The notes beneath the pieces were generated by a model. It did not search any database and was not told the origin of the DNA. It was given only the letters and a program-made list of their open reading frames with translations. A stretch of DNA of 64,000 nt from Candidatus Onstottus frigus (lineage in GTDB: Bacteria; Acidobacteriota; Blastocatellia; UBA7656): assembly GCA_038040445.1 (NCBI GenBank), contig JBBPIG010000001.1:301768-365767 (forward strand), written 5' to 3'. A program made the translations under genes and the position numbers. Below, piece after piece: positions 29,894-40,100 of the stretch (the stretch's first letter is position 1; each line of letters starts with the position of its first letter).

Positions 29894-30080
29894 GTCCTAA
29901 TCTTGTGTTGGTCGATTAGGACACTACCGGGCGACCGCGTATTTGAACTGCGGTGGCGTCTTTGCGTTGCCACCGCTTTCTGTCGTTTCGTGGGCAATCA
30001 CGAAAAGCGGCGGCAACGCACAAAAAGCCGCCGCAGTCCAAATATTCCGTCGCCTGTGAATATCAACACAAGATTAGGAC
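29894..30080. repeat. nested palindromic (MITE-like) element of about 190 bp: perfect 17-bp terminal inverted repeats plus imperfect 34-bp inner inverted repeats
   Basis: gtcctaatcttgtgttg at 29894-29910 and its exact reverse complement caacacaagattaggac at 30064-30080. The inner arms at 29947-29980 and 30002-30036 match at about 29 of 34 positions. A small hairpin gtgtcctaatc/gattaggacac lies at 29892-29924. Confidence 0.5.
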
Positions 30081-30110
30081 GCTACCCAACTCTGGCGCCT
30101 AAGACTGCAA

Positions 30111-31358
30111 TTATGCTTCAGGACTATTACAAGAGCCCAGCGCACTCTTCATGCTTCTTGCCGCGTCGATGATTCGCATTGCTGCCTCGCGCTTTGACAT
30201 CAGCGGCAGCTCGACCACACCTTCCTTTGATACTAGCGCGATTCGATTGGTGTCAACGTCGAATCCTGAATCCGAAGCCGATACGTCATTGGCGACGATC
30301 AAGTCCGCGCCCTTCTCCTCGAGCTTCTTCTTCGCGTTCGCAAGCACATTCTCAGTCTCAGCAGCGAAACCTATGACAACGCGTGAGCCATTCCCGCCAG
30401 CCGCAGCCGTCAGGATGTCGTCGGTCTCCTCGAGTTCGAGCACAAGCGCGCTTCCGTTCTTCTTGATCTTTTGTTGATGAACGCTCGCAGGACGATAGTC
30501 GGCGACGGCCGCCGCCATCACAACCATTGTTGCGCCTTCGAGATTGGCTTTCACCGCCTCGTACATCTCCGCGGCAGAACGAACAGAGATCGTGCGCGCG
30601 CCTTTTGGCGCCGCGATCGAGACCGGCCCGGTTATCAATGTGACGTCTGCCCCTCGCGCGAGTGCGGCTTCAGCCACGGCATAGCCCATCTTCCCCGACG
30701 AGCGGTTGCTCAAAAAGCGAACCGGATCGATCGCCTCCTGTGTCGGTCCGGCGGTGATCAGCACGCGCTCGCCGCGAAGGTCCTGTGGAAGCCCGGCCGC
30801 ATCATCGCTCGAGTTCGGCGCCGCAGCAAGACCGATGATCTCGCACGCCCGGCGGACGATCTCATCAGGCTCGGCCAAACGCCCGGCACCCACAGTGCGG
30901 CACGCGAGGTAACCTTCTTCCGGGTCTACAAACTGAACACCGCGCTCGCGCAATCGGCGAACGTTCTCGCGAGTTGCGGGGTGGCCCCACATCTCTACGT
31001 TCATCGCAGGCGCGACAAGCATAGGCGCGGTGGTGGATATGTACAGCGTGGAAAGGAAATCGTCGGCGATCCCGTTGGCGAACTTCGCAAGCGCATTAGC
31101 CGTCGCTGGAGCGACCAGCAGAAGATCGATTGATTGAGCTAACTGGATGTGTTTGATCTCGGGGTCATCGGTGGGCGCGAACATCTCGGTTATCACCGGC
31201 AGTCCGGAGATGGACTGAAATGTGAGCAGGCCAACGAACTCGGTGGCGTGCCGGGTCATCACGACTCTGACGGCAGCCCCGCGTTTCTGGAGCCCGCGCA
31301 GGACCTCGACAGCCTTATATGCCGCTATGCATCCGGTAACGCCGAGAGCAACTATCAT
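30111..31358 (-). CDS. coaBC: bifunctional phosphopantothenoylcysteine decarboxylase / phosphopantothenate-cysteine ligase
   Basis: N-terminal flavoprotein domain (MIVALGVTGCIAAYKA) and C-terminal DFP/CoaB domain. 415 aa. Confidence 0.9.
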   Translation of the reverse strand: MIVALGVTGCIAAYKAVEVLRGLQKRGAAVRVVMTRHATEFVGLLTFQSISGLPVITEMFAPTDDPEIKHIQLAQSIDLLLVAPATANALAKFANGIADDFLSTLYISTTAPMLVAPAMNVEMWGHPATRENVRRLRERGVQFVDPEEGYLACRTVGAGRLAEPDEIVRRACEIIGLAAAPNSSDDAAGLPQDLRGERVLITAGPTQEAIDPVRFLSNRSSGKMGYAVAEAALARGADVTLITGPVSIAAPKGARTISVRSAAEMYEAVKANLEGATMVVMAAAVADYRPASVHQQKIKKNGSALVLELEETDDILTAAAGGNGSRVVIGFAAETENVLANAKKKLEEKGADLIVANDVSASDSGFDVDTNRIALVSKEGVVELPLMSKREAAMRIIDAARSMKSALGSCNSPEA

Positions 31359-31474
31359 AATGCTTCACCTAACAGTTTCAGGTTCGTAGTCCCGCCTTCA
31401 AGCGGAAGTTTGTAGCCGATGGTCGTCGACCATCCAAACTTCCGCCTGAAGGCGGGACTACCAAACTCAGATGA

Positions 31475-31702
31475 TCATTCCGCTTTGAGCGGCTTGACCA
31501 TCGGCTGATAGCGCACCAGCCCTTTCCGCACCTCTTCAAGTGCTACCCGCGTCGTCTTCCTGGCAGCCGGGTATATACGCGGCTTAGCCCCTCGTTGAAG
31601 CTGCTTGCTGCGTTGGGCCGCAAGCAACACAAGCCGGTACTTGCTGTCTATCTCTGTTGTCCAACCCGCTTCGTCGTCTACTTCAGGCATGAAACGGCTC
31701 AC
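31475..31702 (-). CDS. rpoZ: DNA-directed RNA polymerase subunit omega
   Basis: 75 aa with SKYRLVLLAAQRSKQL, typical of RpoZ. Located between gmk and coaBC as in many bacteria. Confidence 0.85.
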   Translation of the reverse strand: MSRFMPEVDDEAGWTTEIDSKYRLVLLAAQRSKQLQRGAKPRIYPAARKTTRVALEEVRKGLVRYQPMVKPLKAE

Positions 31703-32384
31703 CTCCGAAGGTAGTTATTATGGACTCGATTCGATTTCTCTGGCGTTGCGGACGGCAACGCTCTGCGATTATTATAGCCTCAAGCCGGGCCAGCGCGCGA
31801 TCCAGATCGTCGTTCAAAACGACGTAGTCGAATCGCTCATACAACTGCACCTCGATTCCCGCGTGGCGCAATCGACGCTCGACGTCGGCCGGCTCATTGA
31901 GGTTTCGCGCTCGCAAACGAGCTTCGAGGATTTCGCGCGACGGAGGCAAAACAAAGATCAAAATCGCGTCCGCAACGCGCCGGCGCACTTGCTCGGCGCC
32001 CTGCACGTCTATATCCAGCATCACGTCGAGGCCCTGCGAGAGCATCTCTTCAACCGGCTGCTCGTGAGTGCCGTAAAGGTTGCCATGCACTTCGGCGGAT
32101 TCGAGAAACTCGTCGCGCTCGCCCATCGCGCGGAATTCCTCCTCGCTGACAAAGTAGTAGTCAACCCCATGCTGCTCATCGCCGCGAAGCTCGCGCGTGG
32201 TGTAGGAGATTGAGAATCGCACATCCTGAACGCGCTTCAACACTCGTTCGGCAAGCGAGGACTTGCCGGCTCCCGACGGCGCCGACACGACTATCAGGTT
32301 GCCACGTTCGGCGGGACTGGCCGCGACCGGGTCGGCTCCAGAGTCCGCGCGATGGTCCGCTCGTTTGGGGGTATCACTCGACAT
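31683..32384 (-). CDS. gmk: guanylate kinase
   Basis: P-loop SAPSGAGKSS and the YTTR motif (SISYTTR). 20-nt overlap with rpoZ. Confidence 0.9.
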   Translation of the reverse strand: MSSDTPKRADHRADSGADPVAASPAERGNLIVVSAPSGAGKSSLAERVLKRVQDVRFSISYTTRELRGDEQHGVDYYFVSEEEFRAMGERDEFLESAEVHGNLYGTHEQPVEEMLSQGLDVMLDIDVQGAEQVRRRVADAILIFVLPPSREILEARLRARNLNEPADVERRLRHAGIEVQLYERFDYVVLNDDLDRALARLEAIIIAERCRPQRQRNRIESIITTFGGEPFHA

Positions 32385-33249
32385 TCTGACCTTGTTCCCT
32401 GAGCTTCTCTACCTCGGTTTTGATTACTATAGCCGCGTCGCTTATGGCAAGGTCGTTGGACTTCGACAGTATCGTGTTTGCTTCGCGATTCATCTCTTGC
32501 AAGATGAAATCCAGCCGCTTGCCCGCTTCGTCAGTGCTTTGAAGCAAGTCCCGCATCTGAGCGACGTGACTCTTGAAGCGCGCGATCTCTTCGCTTATGT
32601 CGGACCGGTCGGCTAACATCACCGCTTCTTGAGCGATCCGCGTTTCATCTACCTGTCCGCCGGCCACAACTTCCTCGAGCCGCTTCATCAGCTTTTCACG
32701 ATAGACTGCCGGCAAGCGCGCGGCTTCGTTTTCGATGGCCGGCATTTGCCGCTCGATGTTGTCGAGCCTGGAAGTGAGATCAGCGGCGAGCCCCTGCCCT
32801 TCAACCACTCGCATCTCGGTCAACGATGCTAGCGCCTGCGACACCGCGGCCACCGCGCCTGCGACAAGCTTTTCATCGAGTGAGCCCGAATCCTGCGAAA
32901 CTTGCAACGCGCCCGGAAGTTTCGCGATCAGCTCGAGCGAAGGGTCGCCGTCGAGTCCGAATTCACGCTTCAACTCGGACAATGCCGTGAGGTAGCCTGA
33001 TACCAGCGGGCGATTGATCTCGAACGTGGCCGCCTTCAACTGCTCGACAAACACAGTCACGTCCACGCGGCCGCGTTTGACCACCGCCTGAACCTGCTTC
33101 TTCAAGCTCACCTCGAGGCTGGAGAATTCCTGCGGCAGTCGCGTATGAACGTCGAGTGCGCGATTGTTTACCGAGCGAATGTCCACGCGTACGCGGAAAT
33201 TGTCACCCTCGGCGCTTCCCTGTCCGAACCCGGTCATGCTTTTGATCAT
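32374..33249 (-). CDS. yicC: YicC-family stress-induced protein (YicC-like endoribonuclease)
   Basis: MIKSMTGFGQG start and DUF1732-like C-terminus. Conserved yicC-gmk-rpoZ-coaBC order. Confidence 0.85.
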   Translation of the reverse strand: MIKSMTGFGQGSAEGDNFRVRVDIRSVNNRALDVHTRLPQEFSSLEVSLKKQVQAVVKRGRVDVTVFVEQLKAATFEINRPLVSGYLTALSELKREFGLDGDPSLELIAKLPGALQVSQDSGSLDEKLVAGAVAAVSQALASLTEMRVVEGQGLAADLTSRLDNIERQMPAIENEAARLPAVYREKLMKRLEEVVAGGQVDETRIAQEAVMLADRSDISEEIARFKSHVAQMRDLLQSTDEAGKRLDFILQEMNREANTILSKSNDLAISDAAIVIKTEVEKLREQGQNVE

Positions 33250-33268
33250 AAGTATTCGTTAGTAGTCA

Positions 33269-33311
33269 GTAGTCCGTGGTCCGTAGTGTGTAGTTACGGA
33301 CTACGGACCGC
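33269..33311 (-). terminator. GC-rich hairpin (about 10-bp stem, ggtccgtagt / actacggacc) overlapping the stop of the ABC exporter gene; candidate terminator and/or yicC upstream element
   Basis: Inverted repeat read directly. Flanked by short direct repeats gtagtc / gtagtccgt. Confidence 0.35.
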
Positions 33312-35111
33312 TTCCCTTTCTTCGCCAATCAGATCGTCGGAAAACTGAAGCTCATACAGGTCGCGATAGATCCCTCCGCGGGACATCAACTGATCGTGCG
33401 TCCCTGCATCCACCACTCGGCCGCGATCGAGCACGACGATCTTGTCTGCCCGGTGAATCGTCGTCAGCCGGTGCGCTATCACGATAGTCGTTCGGCCTTG
33501 CATCAGGTTCGCAAGCGCGCGCTGAACCCAGCGCTCGGATTGTGTGTCGAGCGCAGAAGTCGCCTCGTCGAGCACCAGGATCGGCGCGTCCTTCAAAATG
33601 GCGCGGGCTATCGCAAGCCGCTGACGTTCGCCGCCCGAGAGCTTCACGCCTCGCTCCCCGATCAGCGTGTCGTAGCCGCCGCGCTCGATTATAAAGTCGT
33701 GCGCGTAGGCAGCGCGAGCAGCGGCTTCGATCTTCGCTCGATCAGAGTCCCCGCCGCCATATGCGATGTTGCTGACAATCGAGTCGTTGAACAGAATGAC
33801 TTCCTGGGTAACAAGAGCGATCTGCGCGCGCAGGCTCGCAAGTCTCGCGTCCCGGATGTCCGCGCCATCGATCAATATCCCGCCCCTCGTAGGATCATAG
33901 AACCTCATCAGCAGACTAGTCAGAGTAGACTTGCCGGCGCCCGACAGACCGACCAGCGCAACGACTTCACCCCTGTTCACTTCGAGGTTCACATTCCTCA
34001 AGATCCAGTCGTTCGAATCTTGATACCTGAACGAAACGCCGCGAAACTCGACCCGTTCTCGCAGCGGCGGCAAATCTATCGAATCAGGCCGGTCGCGCTT
34101 TTCGGTGTGGGTGTTCAGCAGCGTGTATATTCGCGATATCGCCGCAAATGATTGCTGGAAGTGGTTCTGAATTCGCGACAGCCGCCGCAACGGGTCGTAC
34201 ATGCCGAGCATTGCGACGATATACGACGCAAAGGTTCCGATCGTCATCCTCCCCGCTTCGATCTCCCGGTTGGCATAAAGAACGAACCCGGCGGCCAATA
34301 CCACGCCGACCAGCTCCAGAATCGGCGACGACAAAAAGACAACTCTGGCCGCGCGAACCTGATGACTTGCCAGCCGGTGGAGCGCATCGCGGAAGCGGCG
34401 CTGCTCGAAGCCCTCCATTCCGAATGCCTTCACAATACGGTGCCCCGCTATGGTCTCCTGCGAGACGTCGAGGACGTCTTCAATTCCTTCCTGAGTCCAG
34501 TGTGCAATCCTTCTGAGCTTTTTGCCAAACCTGGATGTCAGCACATACACGAGCGGTCCCACAATCAATACCACCAGAGTAAGCTTCCATTCGAGAATGA
34601 AGACCAGGGCGAGCAGCGACAGAAAAGTCAGCCCCTCACGCAGCATATCGGCCAGCAGCGTCGAAACAGACACCTGCACCTTCTCGGCGTCGCTTAGGAT
34701 ATGAGTCGTCAGTTGGTTGGTCGGATGGTCGGTGAAAAACTCGCTGGACTGCTGAAGGATATGATCGTACAGCCTCTGCCGAAGGTCGACCACCGCGCTA
34801 ACGCCAATACGCCACATCAAGACGCTCGAGAGATATTCCGACGCAGCGCGAATGACGGTAAACCCCACGAGCAGGATCGCGATGATAGGCAACGCTTCTA
34901 CGTTCTGTGGCAAGTACCTGCGTGCATCGACAAACGAGGCGGGACCAGTGGTTGGACCGTTCGAGGCGCCGGGCAATTCGTCAATGATGGATTTCAGCAG
35001 CGCGGTTCGGCCGGCTTCAAACACCCCGACAAAGATCATCAACAGGAAAGCTATCGCAAACAGTCCGGCGTAAGGTCTGACGTTCTTGAGGAGTATGCGG
35101 AAATCTTTCAT
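33294..35111 (-). CDS. ABC transporter permease/ATP-binding protein, MsbA-like lipid exporter
   Basis: Six-TM N-terminal domain. Walker A GLSGAGKST, ABC signature LSGGERQR, Walker B ILVLDEATSALD. Confidence 0.85.
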   Translation of the reverse strand: MKDFRILLKNVRPYAGLFAIAFLLMIFVGVFEAGRTALLKSIIDELPGASNGPTTGPASFVDARRYLPQNVEALPIIAILLVGFTVIRAASEYLSSVLMWRIGVSAVVDLRQRLYDHILQQSSEFFTDHPTNQLTTHILSDAEKVQVSVSTLLADMLREGLTFLSLLALVFILEWKLTLVVLIVGPLVYVLTSRFGKKLRRIAHWTQEGIEDVLDVSQETIAGHRIVKAFGMEGFEQRRFRDALHRLASHQVRAARVVFLSSPILELVGVVLAAGFVLYANREIEAGRMTIGTFASYIVAMLGMYDPLRRLSRIQNHFQQSFAAISRIYTLLNTHTEKRDRPDSIDLPPLRERVEFRGVSFRYQDSNDWILRNVNLEVNRGEVVALVGLSGAGKSTLTSLLMRFYDPTRGGILIDGADIRDARLASLRAQIALVTQEVILFNDSIVSNIAYGGGDSDRAKIEAAARAAYAHDFIIERGGYDTLIGERGVKLSGGERQRLAIARAILKDAPILVLDEATSALDTQSERWVQRALANLMQGRTTIVIAHRLTTIHRADKIVVLDRGRVVDAGTHDQLMSRGGIYRDLYELQFSDDLIGEEREAVRSP

Positions 35112-35300
35112 TACAGCATGTCAGCGGAGGCTTGAGCCGGTTAAACCAATGATTATACGCGGGAGGCAGTCATCGTCAAGATCGACCCTCAGCCAGTGGC
35201 ACCTGGCCCGCGGTTCAACGACCTTCCAGAACTCGATCGGCTCAATGTAAGATACGCCTGTGGTCAAGTGGAGCAGTTTCACCCCTTCGGACTTTGAATA

Positions 35301-35600
35301 ATGAAATCAAGAAAGAAGCCAACGAGAAAGCAACTTACGGAAGAAGAAATCGACGAGATAGTAGAATCGCAAGCCGATGATGATTCAGCTTGGGAGAAAC
35401 CAATCCGGGTTCGCAGAGCAAAACCGGGATCTGTCTTTCTCCCGCCAGAGCTAGCTGCTCGGGTTGCCTTCCTCGCGAAGCTGCACAGAGAGAAGAACGT
35501 CGGAGACTGGCTGACAAGGGTAATCAAAGAACGCGTGGAGCTGGAAGAAGTTGCGTTCACGGAAGCGAAGCGCGAAATGTCTATCAGAAACGGTGTTTAA
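35301..35600 (+). CDS. ribbon-helix-helix/CopG-like antitoxin-like small protein (orphan)
   Basis: 99 aa. Acidic N-terminus, then VFLPPELAARVAFLAKLHREKNVGDWLTRVIKERVE. This resembles the pattern (s-LRLP-EL...LAK..G.SyQ.LI..wL.E.V) of RHH-type antitoxins. No cognate toxin is adjacent. Confidence 0.4.
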   Translation: MKSRKKPTRKQLTEEEIDEIVESQADDDSAWEKPIRVRRAKPGSVFLPPELAARVAFLAKLHREKNVGDWLTRVIKERVELEEVAFTEAKREMSIRNGV

Positions 35601-35765
35601 ATTCGTGCGCCGCTGGCTGATTAAAGCGTCCAGTGACTATGCAAGCTTTCGCGCCATCCGCGTCCTCTCTAGCGACCCGGCAGCGCGTCGCCCGTCGTGA
35701 TCGAGACCGACAGCCTGTTAGTCTTTTTACGAAGCTCCGCGGGACAGCTCAAGGAACACCAGGCG

Positions 35766-35860
35766 GTGTCTTAATTTGATTGTCCGACAAACTTCCGTTT
35801 GTCGACATAAGCCGGTTGCTACGACAAACTGAAGTTTGCCGGACAATCAAATTGAGACAC
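35766..35860. repeat. 95-bp palindromic element: 30-bp near-perfect inverted repeats (28/30) flanking a 35-nt spacer that contains its own 8-bp inverted repeat; 140 nt upstream of dnaG
   Basis: gtgtcttaatttgattgtccgacaaacttc (35766-35795) versus the reverse complement of 35831-35860. Inner repeat gtttgtcg/cgacaaac. Confidence 0.5.
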
Positions 35861-36002
35861 TAACGAGCATCAGCATTCCTCACCGGGAATGGCCAACCCA
35901 GGTTGATCGACCACGCCTTGCGCCGTTTTTTGTTTGCTGCTAGAAATTCTCTAGCTTGTTCGGCTGCTCCTTCAAAGTTCCTATCAACGATTGGATTAAA
36001 CG

Positions 36003-37799
36003 ATGCGTCTGCCGCAAGGCTTTGCCGACGACGTTAAGAACCAGGGCGACATAGTCCGAGTGGTATCCGACTATGTCAGCCTCAAGAAACGCGGCGCGAA
36101 CTATCTCGCCTGTTGCCCCTTTCACTCTGAAAAGACTCCTTCGTTTACTGTTCATAGCGGCAAGGGTCTGTTCAAATGCTTTGGCTGTGGCGTCGGCGGC
36201 AGCATATTTGATTTTGTGATGCGAATCGAAGGCTGTGGCTTTCCGGAAGCGGTGCGGATAGTAGCCCAGAAGAGCGGCATCCCTATTCCGGTCGTCGAGG
36301 AAACCGAAGATCACAAAAAGATTGCCCGCGACCGCGAGAGCATTCTCCGCCTGAACGAGTGGGCCGCGGAGTTCTTTGAGCTTCAACTGAACAGCATCGA
36401 GGAAGGCGCGAGCGCTCGCGAGTACGTCCACTCGCGAGGGATCGAGGAAGAAACGTCGAAGTTGTTTCGTCTTGGTTACGCTCCAGATAGTTGGGACGCA
36501 CTGACGAACCATCTCAAAGAACGCGGCGCCACGACCGACGAGATTCACAACAGCGGTTTAGCTGTGTTGAAAGACGCCGGCGGCTTCTATGATCGGTTCC
36601 GCGCGCGACTGATATTTCCAATCACCGACCCTCAGGGCCGTGTGATCGCATTCGGAGGCAGAGTGATGGGAGAGGGTGAGCCAAAGTATCTGAACTCGCC
36701 CGAGACAAGCGTGTACACAAAGGGCCGCAACCTGTTCGGGCTCGCGCATTCGAAGAACGAGATTCGTAACCTTGGCTTTGCAATTCTGGTTGAAGGCTAC
36801 CTTGACCACATCATTCCGTTTCAAGACGGCGTCCACAATATCGTTGCGAGCCTTGGCACTGCCCTGACCGATAACCAGGTCAGACTTCTCCGGCGATACA
36901 TGGACCAGCCTCAGATCGTCGTAAACTTTGACCCTGACTCCGCCGGCCAAGCTGCAACATTGAGATCGATAGACGTGCTGCTGGCCGAAGGCTTCAAGGT
37001 AAACATACTGCGAATGCCGACTAAACAGGATCCCGATGAATTCGTCAGAGCGCACGGAGTCAATCGCTTCCGCGAGCTGCTCAAGACCACCCAGCCGTAC
37101 ATAGATTACATCGTTGATACGTCGATCGCCGGGCACGACACCTCGAGGCCGACGGGAAAGGTCGCGGCGATAAACGCGATTCTTCCGCACCTGGCGCGAA
37201 TGCGCGACAAGGTTGCGCGCGCCGATTACGCCGGCCAGATCGCCGACCGGCTAAAGATTGACTCGCGTGTCGTTCGTGAAGAATTAAAGCGCACGGCTAC
37301 AAACAGGCAGCACTCGATGGACAACAAGCGAGTGCGAGCTGCCGAAGAGATCACCGTTGGCGAGCGCCAATTGCTCGAGTTGATGCTCTCAAACGAGGAA
37401 GTGCGCCGCGCGATGATCTCGGCTCTGATCGAAGATGACTACGCGGAACTGGCTACTGGAGCGATTTTCGCGGCAGTCATTGATATGGACAAGCACGCGG
37501 TCGAGTTTCATTTCGACAATCTCACCGAGCGCGTAGAAGCGGAGTCAGAACGCGAGTTGCTGCCGGCATTGTTGATGAGCGACCTGGCCTGGGCCGGCGG
37601 CGATGACTTCGACACGCTGTTCAAGAAGGCTACCGAGGCGCTCTCTTCTCTGCGCCGAAGACGTTTCGAGCGAATGCTTGATGCGATTCAGATAGAGATA
37701 GGCCAGGCCGAACGAGAGCAAGACAGCGCACGAGTGCTGCTCCTGTATCAGCAGAAAACAGAACTCCAGAAGCGAAGACTTGCGCTGTCGGTTGCGTAA
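36003..37799 (+). CDS. dnaG: DNA primase
   Basis: Zinc-binding CPFHSEKTPSFTVHSGKGLFKCFGCGVGG, TOPRIM region and C-terminal helicase-binding domain. 598 aa. Confidence 0.9.
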   Translation: MRLPQGFADDVKNQGDIVRVVSDYVSLKKRGANYLACCPFHSEKTPSFTVHSGKGLFKCFGCGVGGSIFDFVMRIEGCGFPEAVRIVAQKSGIPIPVVEETEDHKKIARDRESILRLNEWAAEFFELQLNSIEEGASAREYVHSRGIEEETSKLFRLGYAPDSWDALTNHLKERGATTDEIHNSGLAVLKDAGGFYDRFRARLIFPITDPQGRVIAFGGRVMGEGEPKYLNSPETSVYTKGRNLFGLAHSKNEIRNLGFAILVEGYLDHIIPFQDGVHNIVASLGTALTDNQVRLLRRYMDQPQIVVNFDPDSAGQAATLRSIDVLLAEGFKVNILRMPTKQDPDEFVRAHGVNRFRELLKTTQPYIDYIVDTSIAGHDTSRPTGKVAAINAILPHLARMRDKVARADYAGQIADRLKIDSRVVREELKRTATNRQHSMDNKRVRAAEEITVGERQLLELMLSNEEVRRAMISALIEDDYAELATGAIFAAVIDMDKHAVEFHFDNLTERVEAESERELLPALLMSDLAWAGGDDFDTLFKKATEALSSLRRRRFERMLDAIQIEIGQAEREQDSARVLLLYQQKTELQKRRLALSVA

Positions 37800-38061
37800 G
37801 TCACTTGAAGAAACAATGAGATCATCCAACCACAAAGCACGAAGGCACAAAGCCGAATTGAGCTTCTCTTCCCATCTCTCTTCGTGTCTTCGTGCCTTCG
37901 TGTTTGATCGGAGATGTTAAGAAAGTCTTACAATGCCCCCGTCGCCCTGACATCTGTGTTGTTGCACGAATAGTATCTTGACAGATTTTCGCAATGAGGG
38001 TACGAATTCACAGTGGCTTGAAAGCGTCTCTGTGAATTGTCACCCCACAGGAGAGCAAGGG

Positions 38062-39783
38062 TTGTCCGATATCAACGAAAAGTATTCCGACGAAGTAGAG
38101 AAACTTCTCGAAGTAGGAAAGGAGAAGGAGTATCTCACCTACGACGACATAAATCGGCTGCTGCCTCCCGACATGAATTCCGCCGACGAGATCGAGGCTA
38201 TTCTCGATGTGATCGGCGCCGAAGGAATCTCGATATCTGATTCAGACGAGAAGTTCATCGAAGCCGCCGCCGCCGCGATCGGAAGTAACGGCGACGGAAA
38301 ACTGGAAGACGCGCTCGACGAGGAACTGGATCTCGACCTGACTCCGGGTACGTTGGACAAGACGAATGATCCGGTGCGGCTATACCTTCGCGAGATGGCG
38401 GTCGTTCCGCTGCTGACCCGCGACGGCGAAGTTTCAATCGCGCGGCGTATAGAGCGAGGCCGCCAGCGTGTGCTCAAGGCTATATCGCGCTCGCCCATCT
38501 GCATCGAGGAAATGATCCAGATCGGCGAGCGGCTCAAGCGCGGCGAGCTGCACATCCGCGAAGTGGTCACATTCAGCGAGCAGGAAGCAATCACCGAAGA
38601 GCGCATCGAGGAATACCACGTCGCGACGCTTGAATCGATGGGTGAATTGAAGAAGAGCTACACCCGAATGCTCAAGCTGCACGACCGGGTGCTGGAAGAG
38701 CCAAAGAAATCCCCCAGAGTGCCCAGGCTGAGACGCAAGCTGGCGGTCGCCCGCGTCGAGCTGAGTCGTCTGGCTCGCGCGCTGGATCTGGTGCTTCAAC
38801 AGCAGGATCATTTCACCGGGCTTATCCGCGAAGGAGTCAACAGGTCGCGCGATGCGCGAGCCGGCATCGACAAGGCTCGCCGCGCGATTGACAAGAAGAA
38901 GTGGAACGAGGACGAACGCGAGCTGAAACGCAACCTTCGCGACGCCGAGCGGCAGCTAGCCGAGATGGAAGCGCGATGGCATGCTTCGGCGCTCGAACTC
39001 GATCGCTCGCTTGCTGCCATCGGCACCGGCGAGTACGAAGCAAGCGTCGCCAAGCAGGAGCTCATCGAAGCGAACCTCAGACTGGTCGTCTCGATCGCAA
39101 AGAAGTACACCAATCGCGGCCTGCAGTTCCTGGACTTGATCCAGGAAGGCAACATCGGTCTGATGAAGGCTGTTGACAAGTTTGAGTGGCGGCGCGGCTA
39201 CAAATTCTCGACTTACGCAACCTGGTGGATCCGTCAGGCGATCACCCGGGCGATAGCCGATCAAGCGCGCACGATTCGAATTCCTGTACACATGATTGAG
39301 ACGATCAACAAGCTCATTCGCACCTCCCGCGCGCTGGTTCAAGAACTCGGCCGCGAGCCCAGCTCCGAAGAGATAGCCAAGAAGATGGACATCCCCGTCT
39401 CAAAGGTGCGCAAGGTTTTGAAGATTGCCCAGGAGCCGATCTCGCTCGAGACGCCCATCGGTGAGGAGGAAGACTCTCATCTGGGCGATTTTATCGAGGA
39501 TAAGACGATCCTGAATCCAGCCGACGCGGTAATAACCTCCAACCTGCGTGAGATCACCGAAGAAGTCTTGAAGTCACTCACACCCCGCGAAGAGAAAGTC
39601 ATCAAGATGCGCTTTGGCCTCGGTCCCAACGGAAGTGAACACACGCTCGAAGAAGTCGGCCAGCATTTCGCAGTAACCCGCGAGCGCATTCGTCAGATTG
39701 AAGCAAAGGCATTAAGGAAGCTACGCCATCCGTCTCGGTCAAGAAAGCTGAAGGCTTTTCTCGAATCCGCCGCGCGGCCTTAG
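38062..39783 (+). CDS. rpoD: RNA polymerase primary sigma factor RpoD (sigma-70)
   Basis: Regions 1.1 to 4.2 recognisable (e.g. [57 protein letters not shown], and [29 protein letters not shown]). The likely start is TTG at 38062 after AGGAGA. The track ORF starts at an ATG at 37978 that has no SD. Confidence 0.9.
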   Translation: MSDINEKYSDEVEKLLEVGKEKEYLTYDDINRLLPPDMNSADEIEAILDVIGAEGISISDSDEKFIEAAAAAIGSNGDGKLEDALDEELDLDLTPGTLDKTNDPVRLYLREMAVVPLLTRDGEVSIARRIERGRQRVLKAISRSPICIEEMIQIGERLKRGELHIREVVTFSEQEAITEERIEEYHVATLESMGELKKSYTRMLKLHDRVLEEPKKSPRVPRLRRKLAVARVELSRLARALDLVLQQQDHFTGLIREGVNRSRDARAGIDKARRAIDKKKWNEDERELKRNLRDAERQLAEMEARWHASALELDRSLAAIGTGEYEASVAKQELIEANLRLVVSIAKKYTNRGLQFLDLIQEGNIGLMKAVDKFEWRRGYKFSTYATWWIRQAITRAIADQARTIRIPVHMIETINKLIRTSRALVQELGREPSSEEIAKKMDIPVSKVRKVLKIAQEPISLETPIGEEEDSHLGDFIEDKTILNPADAVITSNLREITEEVLKSLTPREEKVIKMRFGLGPNGSEHTLEEVGQHFAVTRERIRQIEAKALRKLRHPSRSRKLKAFLESAARP

Positions 39784-39834
39784 CCGTTAGTATCCGCACA
39801 AACAACCGGTCCGAACGCTACCCCGCTCAAGCTC

Positions 39835-39999
39835 GCGGTCGGGAAGGTGGGCTTGCCCCCGCTGTCAACAAGGAGCGCACCGCCTCATTCAACAGCGGGG
39901 GCAAGCCCACCTTCCCGACCACGAGCCTGAGCGAAATGAAGCCCACAACCCATCAGGCGGTAAGCCCAGCACCCGGACCACGAGCCTGAGCGAAACGAA
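39835..39999. repeat. hairpin repeat related to the 26130-26221 element (perfect 27-bp inverted repeats at 39838-39864 and 39893-39919), followed by a 23-bp direct repeat x2 (39918-39940, 39977-39999); downstream of rpoD
   Basis: gtcgggaaggtgggcttgcccccgctg and its exact reverse complement. The core differs from the 26-kb copy at 2 positions. accacgagcctgagcgaaa(t/c)gaa is repeated with a 59-nt period. Confidence 0.7.
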
Positions 40000-40100
40000 C
40001 CTATCGAATCTGGAAAACCCACGAGGTTGGACATATCTCTGCACTAGGCGGCACGCGCCTACGCGAATCTTGTCGCCAGCCGCTCGAGAAGAAGAGAAGA

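Noticed and set aside
35940-36548. 202-aa minus-strand ORF overlapping the dnaG start
   Set aside because: It overlaps the strongly supported dnaG N-terminus (zinc-binding domain), so it is an antisense artefact.
38139-39342. Several minus-strand ORFs (155, 125, 123, 128 aa) within rpoD
   Set aside because: Antisense shadows of the well-conserved sigma-70 gene.
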